Origin: Mobula hypostoma
Lineage: Eukaryota
DNA: 64,000 bases
NCBI RefSeq assembly: GCF_963921235.1
Contig: NC_086098.1
Coordinates: 85,560,001 to 85,624,000, forward strand
Direction of reading: 5' to 3'
Under the pieces are notes generated by a model. It saw only the letters and a list, made by a program, of their open reading frames with translations. It was not told the origin of the DNA and did not search any database. Positions 25,801-37,800 of the stretch are shown here, in pieces. The translations under genes and the position numbers were made by a program. How positions within the stretch are numbered: the stretch's first letter is position 1; each line of letters begins with the position of its first letter.

Positions 25801-28800
25801 ATCATTCATATATTTAGAATCTCGAGGAGACTCTGATTGATATAAGGAAGAGTAAAAATCACAGAAGGTTTGATTAATCCCCACATGATCAAGTATCAGT
25901 CGATCATTTTGGTTATAAATCTGATTAATTTGAGATTTAGCATAATTAGACTTCAGTTGATTAGCCAACAGTTTGCCAATTTTGTCACTGTGTACATAAA
26001 ATTCACTTCTTGTTTTCTTTAATTGGTCTACAATTGAGGACGAGAGTAATAAACTGTGTTCCATTTGAAGTTCAGTTCTTTGTTTATATAACTCCTCAGA
26101 AGGAGCTATAACATATTTCTTATCAATTTCCTTAATCTTGTCCACAATTACCAACTCCTCCTGCTTCAGCTTCTTCCTCAAAGCAGCAGAATACGAGATA
26201 ATCTGACCACGAATATAAGCTTTAAAAGTATCCCAAAGAATGTTGACAGAAATATCCTCTGTATAGTTAATTGTAAAAAAAAGATCAATCTGTTCATTCA
26301 TAAAATTAACAAAGTCCGAGTCCTGAAGCAACAGCGAATTAAAACGCCATTGCCTATTATTTAATATATTGGCCAGAATTTTAATAGAAAGTTTAAGTGG
26401 AGCATGATCCGAAATGGTTATAGAGTCATAATCACATTTAATCACTGAGGAAATAAGACGAGAATCAATAAAGAAATAATCAATTCTTGAATAGGAATGA
26501 TGAACATGTGAAAAAAAAGAAAAATCTTTTTCCTGAGGATGCAAAAAACGCCAAATGTCCGTCGACCCAGAATCAGAAAGGAATGAATTAATCAAAGTTG
26601 CAGATTTATTAGGTAAGATCCGTAGAGGAGCCGAACGGTCCAAAGCTGGAGATAAACAAGTATTAAGATCTCCGCCCCAGATCAATGAAAACTCATTCAA
26701 ATTCGGGAACTGATTGAATAATGATTTATAAAATTCCGGACAGTCCATATTAGGAAAATAAACATTAACCAAAACTACCTTTTTATTAAATAGTAGACCA
26801 CTAACCAATAGAAATCTACCATTCGGATCAGAAATAATATCATGTTGTATAAAAGTAACTGAGAGGTCTATAAAAATAGAGACGCTTCAAATCTTAGCAT
26901 TGGAGTTCAAATGAAACTGTTGTCCCTTCCAGAATTTAAAAAAACGTAGTCTGTCCCCCCCTCCGCACATGGGTCTCTTGTAAAAATAAAATTTGTGCTT
27001 TAAGTCTCCGGAACACTTTAAAAACTTTTTTCCTTTTAATAGGATGATTAAGACCATTAGTATTCCAGGAGACAAAATTAATAATAGACTCCATAAACCC
27101 TAAAGTCAACCCGCAACAAGGAGGATTGACGATAGGCTCGACCCACGAACCCGGAAAGGGAACAGAACATACAAGAGATACCGGGAAAAAGAACGCAACC
27201 AATACTTCAATAATGTATATAGCCCAAGAAGAAAGAAACTAAAACGTGAAACCCCTCCCACCACCCCCACCCCATGACCCCAAGGCTAAATCTAACGCAG
27301 ACCAGCCCGAAAGAAGCAAGCACTAAAACTACCCCCATGACTTCCGGTATACGCTCCCTTAAAAAAAAGTGTAAATATAAAAAAGATCAGCTGATTATAA
27401 AACAGTAAAAGAATAAAAAAAGATAACTCAATTAAAATAAACACATAACAGAATAAAAGCCAGAAAATATTTTAAAAAACCGCAATAAACCCCAGACCCA
27501 TGAGTAAACGAAACAACAAAAAAAAATGAGATTATTAACATAAACTAGTTATAAAAACCTACAAAACAAAATAAATTTTTTAAAAAACTACAAAATTTAA
27601 GGCCACAAAGGAAATACGTAAAATGACGATGAGGAAGTAACCACCCAGAATCCCCTGGGAAAAAGAAAGAAATGACGCAGTTAAAAAGAAAGTTTAGCAA
27701 CCATATTAAGTAATCAAAAATAAACTTTTCTGCCCAAATAGGGCAAAAAAAAATTAAGACCGACAATTTCGCAGCCTCCGATCAACGGAGATAGTTAAAA
27801 TATTACGATTAAGATGTTGAAGGTGAAAATTGATCCAGATAACTCTGGGCATCTGATGGAGATTCAAAAAAACGGAGGGCTCCATCCAGCGTACGAATCC
27901 TTAAACGTGCAGGGTAAAGCAGCGCTGGTTTTAAATCCATCTTGTCGAGTTCCGACATCACAGATCTGCAACGAACCCGTTGATCTCGGATTGGTTTACT
28001 GAAATCCTCCACGAATCAGAACTTAAGATCCAAAAAATCAATGAAACCTTTAGATCAAATGAATCGAAACAGTTTCTCCTTGTCTTGAAAGTAATGAAAA
28101 CGTAAAATGACATGTCTAGGTTTATCTGACCTAGGCGAGTATGATGGAACTCTGTGAACACGATCCAATAACGGTGGTTGGTCAGGAAATACAGTAGGAA
28201 ATGCATCTTTTAAAAGTTGAGAAAAATACTTCATAGGGTTATCGGATTCAACAGCTTCACACACCCCAATCATTCGAAGATTCTGCCGTCGCATTCTAGA
28301 TTCTAAGTCAGAGTTTTTAAAGGTCAGAAAGTCGAGTTTCTTCTTCATTACATTAATTGTTTCTTCGATTTTCTCCATCTTGAGCTCACTTTGTTGCGTG
28401 GATTTTTGAAGATCAGATATAGCCGACCGATGTTCCGTAATAGATATCTGTATCTTCTCGATTGAATCGGCAACTTTCTGGAAACTAATTGAAATTTCCG
28501 CACGAATCAGCTCCGTAACAGAGGTTGAAATTTCCCTTTGAATTAGCTCCGATATAGCTTTCAAAGACACCGGTGGTTCAGTCGGAGGGAAATCAGTACC
28601 TTTCGGTCTAACCGGAGGTTTGCCATCCTTCCCGTTTTTTCCATTCTTAGACATAGCAGACCTTAAACGCATCCAATTATCGGAGAGCCCAATTTATTTC
28701 AAAGTATTGTAAAAGTTGATGCTTTAATTAATGGTTAATTAAAATATAGCTGATCATAAGAAGAAAAACTCAGAGGTAATGGAGCGAGTCAAGAACGCAA

Positions 28801-31800
28801 CTTCACTCCATGAGCGCTACCGGAAGTCCCAAGAGCGCTTTGCAGTCAATGAAGTTGTTTTGATTGCAATGCAGAAACATGTTACATTATGTATTTGACA
28901 GAAGGTGGAGAAAGGCTCTCCCCTTTGAAATCCTACTATTTATTTAACCATCTGAAATGAAGGTGTTTAAGCAGAGCAATCTTCTAATTAGCCTCTAATA
29001 TCCAGTCATAACACACAGGATGAAATATTCCGGTACTATGCCTGGCATTCAGGATGTGTTTCTGGGAAATTGTTCTGCAATGGAATCAGTGTAAAAGGAG
29101 ATAGAACGTAGAAGAGTACAGCACAGGAACAGGCCATTTGGCCCACAATGATACGCCAAACCAAGCAAAAAGTAATCAAAAACACACAAACACTAATCCC
29201 TCCTATCTACACTATGTCCATATCCCTCCATTTTTTTTACATCCATGTGCCTATCCAAGTGTCTCTTATAAGCCTCTGATGTATTTGCCTCTACCACCAC
29301 ACCAGGCAGCACAGTCTAGTCATCCATGACTCTCTGAATAGAAACTTATCTCTCACATCCCCCTCGAACCTACCCCCTCTCACCTTCAATATATGCCCTC
29401 TGGTATTCCATATTTCAACACTGGGAAACAGATACTCTCTGTCCACTCTATCTATTCCTCTCATAATCTTGTAAACCTCTATCAGATCTCCCCTCAGTCT
29501 CTGGAGAAAACAACCAAAGTTTATCCAGCCCCTTATGATAGCACATGCCCTCTAAACTAGGCAGCATCCTGGTAAACCTCTTCTGCGCCCTCTACAAAGC
29601 ATCAACATCCTTCCTATAGTGGGGCAACCAGAACTGTATGCAATACTTCAGATGTGGCCTCACCAGAGTTCTTGAAAACATTTATTAATTTTAAGGTGAT
29701 TGAAGGGAAGTATAGGAAGGATGTCAGAGGAAAACTTTTTTTTCTTACACAGACAGTGGTGGGTGCAAAGAACACACTGCCAGGGGTGGTGGTAGAGGCA
29801 GATACATTGGGGACATTTAAGAAACTCTAAAATAAGCACATGGGCAATAGAAAAATGGAGCGATACAGTATGTGGGAACGAAGGGAGAGATTGACCTCAT
29901 AGTAGGTTAAAGGATTGGCAAAACATTGTAAACCAAAGGACCTGTACCGTGCTATAGTGGTCTATGTTCCACGTTTTAAAATTGTGCATTACTGAAACCA
30001 ATGTTGTGCACACCGGGGTGAAACTGATTCTGCAGATGCCAGAAATCTTGACCAACACACACAAAATGCTGGAGGAACCCAGCAAGTCAGGCAACACCTA
30101 TGGAGGGAAATAAACAACCCCTCCATAGATGCTGCCCGGCTTGCTGAGTTCCTCCAGTATTTTGTGTGTGTTGCGGCATAAATCCCTACCTCCCACGCTT
30201 GCAGTGCAGACTGCTCACAGTTTGGCGTGGTAAGACTGCCTGTAAAGGCATTGCTGGGTTGCAGGACCAAGTGAGTCACCAGTGTACATGTAAAATTACT
30301 CTAACATTCAGAACATGTTTGATCTTCTAGGCAGGTATATTTGGCAAAGCTTAGTATCCCCTCAACTTGCTGAGCAAGTCTTGGGCAAATGGAAGCTGAA
30401 AGTCACATACAATGTAAAGTGCAACTGTAACACTGCTTATTCTGTACAAAAGTCTCCTCATATCCCTGTTCATATAACACTAACAACAATCTTTCTTGTA
30501 TGTTTATCTCGAACCTCTTTAAATAGATCCATGCTGCTTTTCTCAACTATTCTTCATACTAGCAAGTTCCACATTCTAAGTTTCTGAGTAATTGAGTTTC
30601 TCTCAATTATGTGCCTTTTGTGTTGTAAACTTCTAGGCTTCTATTAACAGATCCTGATCAAAAAGCTTATTGACAACATTTGCCTGACAGTTCACCGCTC
30701 TCGCTGCATTCCCCAGAATGTGGCTTCCTGTACCACTTGCCTCCAACTGGTGGGTTAGCCTTTGGTTATCTACACTTTGGGTTCTATAAACCATCTTCAA
30801 AAACCAAATAAACTACTTAAGGACAGCACAAGGCTGTGAAAGTCACCAGTATCTTTTTTAAAGTACATTTTAAATATTGGTCACAAAGAATTCTCCCAAA
30901 ACAGGATGAATTACTTCCGAGTATTTGTTAAATTATCTGGGATACATTCAAAGTACCATTGGATAATGTCTGAGGTGGTACTGGGCTGATTGTGACATTT
31001 TTGTTACCATTCTTAAATCATCAATTAAAGGTGACACAAACTGTTAATTCAGTATGAAAACAATCATGCATTCATCTATAAACTTTCTGATGGCAGCTAA
31101 CAGATTTATATAATTTTTTTTTACCTTCGTAGGAAATTGCACACCAAATACAGTAGAAATAGGTCTTTCTGAGATAGTCTGTCACTGCCTGTAGCTTTTC
31201 TTCAGTCTGGAAACAAGAAAACATTGTTTCAATTAGTATGTTATGTTGTTATAAGAACTAGAAGGTGACATTATAGAGATTTTTAAAATCATAAAGGGCA
31301 TAGATAAGGCGGATGGTTAGCAGCCTGTTCAGCAGGGTAGGGGAGTTGAGAAGGGAAAGATTTAAAAAGGAATTGAAGGACAATTATTTAAATATAATGA
31401 GTATATGGAATAAGCTGCCAGAGGAAGTGGTTGATGTAGGTACAATAGTGGTATATTTAGGTATATGGAGTCTGGTGGGGGTTGAGGGGGGAAGGAATTT
31501 AGAGGTATATATGCCCAAAGCTAGGTGGGTACCTTGATTGACAAGGATCCATTGGGTCAAAGGGCTGTATTGCTCTATGATTATTTTACAACTGGATAAA
31601 CTGGATAATTTGTATGTACCTGATGTGGTTCACCAAGTCCTTACACATTACAGTGAGGTGAGAAGAGAATAATTCCTGGCTCAATGGCCTTTGGGAATAT
31701 GAAATATAGAGGGCAGGATGTTGCCAATTAAATTAAAGCAGAGCAAGCTCCAAGAATCCTTATTCTAAAACTATATCCCCAGGTCTAGATTCCCCACAAG

Positions 31801-34800
31801 GAGAAACATACACTCACCGTCTATCCTGTGACGACCTCTCAGAAACTTATTTCAGTCAGATCGGAACTCTGCTGCTGTTTGTAAAGAGCTTGTCTGTTCT
31901 CCCCATGACCTTGTGGTTTTGCTCCAAATGCTTCCGTTTCCTCCCACATCCCAAAGATGTACAGTTCTTTAGGTTAATTAGTCACATGGGTGTAATTGGG
32001 TGGCACGGGCTCACTGGGCCTGTTACTGTGCTGTATCTCCAAATAACTGGTGAGTATAGGGCCCATTCTGATTCAGCTTCCTCATAGGACCACCATACAA
32101 GACAATCAGAATGGCATTTGTGATTGGACTAAAGACAAGGTTTGTCTTCCCGGAAATTTGCTGGAGGTAGTTTTTGCTCATTTAGTCCTGAATGCCAGGC
32201 TAGATTTCCAAAAGGTAGAGCTGGCTGCTGTCACAGCACACACAGTAATGGACACTTTGCTTTCTGATGATGTTAACATGTAGATGAGAAACAGATAGCA
32301 CCAAGGACACAGCCTTTGGGGAGCAACAGAAGTGACAGGGTAGAAACAGAAAAAGAAGCCATTGCAGGGGATTCCCTGGCTTCAAGTGGATAGATGTGTG
32401 TAGAACTGGGTGACGGCTATCCTGCCCAGCTAGCAGCAATGGAAAGCCACTGGAGGAAGAAATTGAGGTCAACCATAATGAAGGCTGCAATGGGACCAAT
32501 GGAACCAAATGGGACCAAATAATTGGGACAGGGTCACAGGAGACTGCCACTGAACAGTTTTTAACTAGCGTCAGTTGCATGTACTTGTGTGGCTGTTAGA
32601 TACTACACTGTGCTTAGAGCAGTTTTCACATAGTGTCAGTAGCATGTGTTTGTCTTCAAAAAGCAGTGAATTTTGTCACTGGTAGCACCAAGATAATTTG
32701 CAACTGTTTTGCTCACTGCAGTTTCAAGCATTCAGGCTTCAAGATACCAGAAATGACCAGGAGTGAAAATGAAATGATTTCACTACTTCAATAAATTAGG
32801 AACTATAAAGAATTTGAAGATATTGACAATTATCTTGAATGTTAAAAAGAAAGTGAATATTTGGAGGATGCAATTACTGACAGCATTGTATGAAGGCAGT
32901 CCATTATCTGTAGTAGGTGTCTGCACTGACTTCGTTCATTTACAGTCAATCAAAAGAACACAGCAGTGTACACTGGATGAATTCCTCCACCAATAACTAT
33001 CAGGAATAATACATAACTTTACAATATTCTAGTAGTATTGGTAGTGATCTGATTTGTCCTGTATTTCATTTAAATACAAAACTTGTTACTCAATTAAACA
33101 GTAGTTTGCCCTTCGGCTAATTGGGGCAGCTGCTTAATTGGGCCAAAATATACTGGTCCAGAAGTGTCCCAATTAACCGGAATCCACTGCACTTAACTTT
33201 CTTTCTGTCAAACAAAGTTTTTGGAATTATTAAGTCTAAATCATTTCAGTAGACCAGAAGGAGCATGGCACCAAACCATATGGAACATAATTGTTGCTTT
33301 TTCTCACTGCACATATTCTTAATCCACTTTGCCACTTTCCCTTGGATGCTATGAGTTGCTAATTGATTCATAAATTTAATTTATTACATTAGTTTTTTGT
33401 TTATTGAAATTCAGATAACTAAATGGATGGGAGGAGTATGGAGGGCTATGGTTCAGGTGCAAGTCGATAAGATTAGGCAGAATAACAGTTCGGCAAGGAC
33501 TAGATAGGACTAAGGACCATATTTCTGCACTGTAGTACTCTATAACTCATGTATATGGGAAGGATGAATACTACATGAAATGCTCTTCATTGACACGTCT
33601 CAGTTGATTTCATTATCAGGTTTATAATCAATAACATATGTTGTGAAATCTGTTGTTTTGCAGCAGCAGTGTATAAAAATACTATAGGTTACAAAAGAAA
33701 TAGAGTATTTCTAAAAATTCAGTAGTGCAAAGGGAGAACAAATAGTGAGTTAGTGTTCATGGTCCATTCAGAAATCTGATGGCAGAAAATCATCTAGACC
33801 ATTGTTTCTCAACCGGGTTTCCACGAGAGGTCACCAGAGATTCCACGAGAGATCACGATTAAAAAAAAAACATTGTTTTTGAACTTGGTGCAACACGCGA
33901 AGCTAGCACTCATGGTGGTGGGCAGTGACCAAACAGCCCTGTGAGCAACCTCGTTAGGGGTCTCCCAGCCCAGTGTGGCAGTGCGCAGTAGCACACTGTT
34001 TATTTGGTTGTCCATTCTCGGTTTTTGACGCAAGATGGGGAGGCCGCTGATAATTAGTGAGCGCTGTATTGCACGGAGGGGAGGATGGTAGCTGATGAGG
34101 AGCACCAAGTCATTTTCCGAGCAATGAATGGACTCGCCCAACTTGATCTATGACGCCAGCCTCGCCCAACTTGATCTATGACGCCAGCCTCCCCCATCTT
34201 CCCCTTTCATCATATGAACCAGTTGAACAAGTCTCTGCAGTGCCCTGGAAAAAATGTTACGACTTCAAGTGACAAGATTCCTGGATTTAAAAGGAAACTG
34301 AATCTTTGGAAAAATCATGCTGCACAAAGGAAATCTTGAAATGTTTCCACAGCTGCTTGGGCTTGAGAGTGAGGAAGGATATCAGAAAGTTTTAAGTTTT
34401 ATTGAAAACCACTTAGAAGAACTGCAGAACAAAACTGAACAGCATTTTCTCTCCCATTCAACACAAGTATATGACTGGGTGAGGGACCCTTTCTCTGAAA
34501 CTTCTGCTCAGCCTGAGAACTTGACTTTGAGAGAAGACAAAGAACTTTGTGAGCTGCAGTATGATCGTGCACTCAAGATGAGATTTACTGACCTGCCCCT
34601 TGACAAGTTCTGGATTTCTGTGAAAGAGTATCCTGCCATTCATAGGAAAGCAATGAATGTTTTGCTGCAGTTTTCAAATTCTTACATGTGTGAGCAAGCA
34701 TTTTCTTGTTTAATAAGCATCAAGAGCAAGAATAGCACTCACCAAGTTAAAGGTGAAATCCATATGTGCTTATCTCAAGTTTGACACAGAATTGAGTATT

Positions 34801-37800
34801 TGTGCAGCAAAAAACAAGCACGGGTTTCACAAGCTAGGCATATATTTGAGCCTGATCATGTCACTTACTAGGAAAATGTTTTTTCAAAGTCTTATATAAA
34901 GTTGCGTCTTAGGCTATATTTTTATTCATATTGCTTTGGCTTATGGTTTTTAGTAACTTCACTACTCAATATTGTCAATGTTCATGTTGTAAAATAGCAT
35001 TAATTAAAATCAATCTACAACCTTTATTTAAATTAAATCTACCTTTAGAAAAGTTAAATCGCATTTTGGCTTAAGCCAGTTATTTAACAGAAACTTATTG
35101 TGTTTGCCTTATGAGTTTTTAAAAAAGAAAGAGATTAAGTTCAAGAAAGGTAAGCTAAGCTTAACCATCTGTTTTTTCCAAGGAAGGTTGGCTAAAAATT
35201 CATTCTCTACTCAAAAGAGCATTGGCAATTATTCTTGGATGACTATGTCTACAACTTAATGATCATATTAATGTACCGTGAGCTGTAGGTATAATTTTTA
35301 CGCAGGAGTTCCCTGAGACCTGAAAATTATTTCCTGGGTTCCCCCAAAGAAAAAAAGGTTGAGAAAGGCTGCTCTAGACCAACTCATGTCAAAAACCAAG
35401 GATGGGCTCAACCAAATAAACGTGGTCCTACTGCGCACTGCCATACTGGGCTGAGAGACCTCTAATGAGATTGCAAACGGGGCTGCTCAGTCACTGCCCA
35501 CCACTGTGAACGCTAGCATTGTGAGTTGCACAATTCAAAAAACGATGTTTATTTTTTAAAAATCACTACCTCTTGCGCAAACGCTAGCGAACTCTCGCGG
35601 AACCCTGATTGAGAAACACTGCTCTACACTGTTGATGATTGAAGTTAAACTGGCAGTTAACTGACTGGAAGATACCTCAAGGTCAATTCTTAGTGTTGTC
35701 CATTCGATAGTACAACTTATTCTAAAATTACAATATAGCTTGAAGATTAAGAAAGATACAGTGAAAATTCCCATACTGTTTCAAACTTCTGAACATCTGA
35801 TTCATCCTCGTCATCTTCTTCCTCATTATCAGTGGGCAGCCAATACCATGTTTTCTCTGGGATATCTATACCCTGTGCAAAAAAGTGAGGAAGAACATTT
35901 AGAAAGATATAAAAGTTAAACAGCTGTATGCTCTTACACAAATGCACATTCACAAAAACTAACTTTACTCTTTGCAATATACATCAAAGTTGCTGGTGAA
36001 CGCAGCAGGCCAAGCAGCATCTATAGGAAGAGGCGCAGTCGACGTTTCAGGCCGAGACCCTTCGTCAGGACTAACTGAAGGAAGAGTGAGTACTCTTCCT
36101 TCAGTTAGTCCTGACGAAGGGTCTCGGCCTGAAACTTCGACTGCGCCTCTTCCTATAGATGCTGCTTGGCCTGCTGCGTTCACCAGCAACTTTGATGTAT
36201 ATTGCTTGAATTTCCAGCATCTGCAGAATTCCTGTTGTTTACTCTTTGCACATCGTTTTACAGAATGCTAATGCATGCCACATTGTATTGCTAAGCGTGC
36301 AATGAACTTGCAAACACAAGAGATTCTGCAGGTGCTGGAAATCCACAGCAACACACACAAAATGCTGCAGGGACTCAGCAAATCAGTAGCATCTATGAAG
36401 GAGAATAAGCAGTTGATGTTTTGAGCTAAGACCCTTCATCAGGACTGGAAGTGATGGCGTCAGTGAACAGAAGACAGTTCACAAAACAACTTCATTTACT
36501 TCTTCATCTTTCAAGTATGATTCAAAGATTTCAAGATTGCAAAGTACATTTATTATCAAAGAATGTATAAGTTATACAACTTTGAGATTTGTTTGCTTAC
36601 AGGCAGCCAGGCAGCCACAAAGGAAGAAACCAAAAGGGACCCAATTAAAAAAAAGACCCACACCCGATGTGCAGAGAAAGGGGAAGAAAAACACAAATCA
36701 AGCAAACAATAGTAGTGAGCAACAACATCCTGACCCAAAATGAGAGCATGAATCTGAAGCCTAGAGTAGGCATGAGCCTCAGTATCAGTCCATCACATGA
36801 GCACAGAGCACAGCAGTTGGGGCAGTCTTCACAGAGAGAGAGAGAGGAGGGACAGAGGGACGGAGGGAGAGAGCAGCTGGGGAGGGCAGAGAGGTGGGTA
36901 GGGGGTGTAGGGGTTGTGAGGGGTAGGGTTGGGGGGGTGGGGAGAGAGAGAGACTCTTGTCTTTGATCGTGTAAATTGTCCAAAAAGCACATGGTACCTC
37001 ACACTAGGACCCAGGCACCACTACAGCGAAAGCCTGAAACATGCCGCCTAGCAAATCGCTCTGGCCCAGACTTTGTCCCCCCAGTCTGAGGCCACTCTTG
37101 ATTTCTTCAAATCGGCTTGCTGCCCAGTGTGATCCAACCTTGCACCCAGGCCAATTGGATGGGCTTCGGAGCTATTCTGCTTCTGGTCACAAGGGTGTAA
37201 TTGGGCAGCGTAGGACAAAAGAACGTAAACTAAACATCAAAGCTGGTATGGAAGAAGAAATCAGGAATCCATGGGAAGTTGTGGAAACCTAGAATACTCT
37301 CCCCAAAATGAACCGAATTATTCAACAAGACTGATAGATTTTCACCATCTAAAGCTTACAAGTGATATGGGGGGGTACAGTTCAGCAAAAAAACTGCAGA
37401 AAATCAGTTTACCTTCTTTTCATCCAGTTGTTGACAGGCAAACTGGCTCTTCCGTAAATCACTTTCCATCTGACTTTGGTCCTTTTTGAATCTGAAACGT
37501 ACCCTAGAACGTAAAAAGGGGAAAAGAATAAAACAACCTAATTGAAATTAGAGAGGCAGAGACTGGTCAGGGATAGCTAGCACAGCATCTATAGAAATTT
37601 GTCATAGTCTTAGATGACATCACAAATCTATGTAAACTTATAAGAATGTAGAAGTAATTCGTGCCTTCTTTGTGAGGACACTGACATGCTAGTATAATAT
37701 ATTGAATGAATTATAATGGCTGAAATTGATAGAATGATAGGGTGGGTTATAGCCAACGGACTCTGTACAATAGGCTATATTGGCTCGAGTCAGTACAATT

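Larger units (their letters stand above)
22992..28830 (-). mobile_element. Full-length (5.84 kb) L1-clade LINE with 17-bp TSD, in the last GPATCH11 intron
   Basis: TSD AAGAGCGCTTTGCAGTC at 22975-22991 and 28831-28847; 5' end GGGACTTCCGG; ORF1, ~0.7-kb spacer, ORF2; 3' AATAAA at 23002-23007. Confidence 0.96.
35974..36237. mobile_element. Penelope-derived palindromic mini-element (114-bp arms) with 13-bp TSD
   Basis: Arms 35974-36087 and 36092-36205, one mismatch, 4-nt loop; TSD TTTACTCTTTGCA at 35964-35976 and 36238-36250. Confidence 0.92.

Noticed and set aside
34134-34191. 28-bp direct repeat (similar short duplications at ~8798 and ~40172) considered as CRISPR-like
   Set aside because: Only two adjacent units with no spacers; simple tandem duplications in a vertebrate genome.
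34317-34784. Possible domesticated ZBED/SCAND3-like gene
   Set aside because: Lies inside TIRs with a TSD, is internally deleted and has flanking frameshifts; it is a transposon remnant.
35965-36271. Near-identical ORFs on both strands (35965-36189 minus, 35972-36271 plus)
   Set aside because: Artefact of the palindrome; no protein family resemblance.
36835-36952. G/A-rich tract with G-quadruplex potential
   Set aside because: Low-complexity sequence inside a repeat; nothing specific supports a function.
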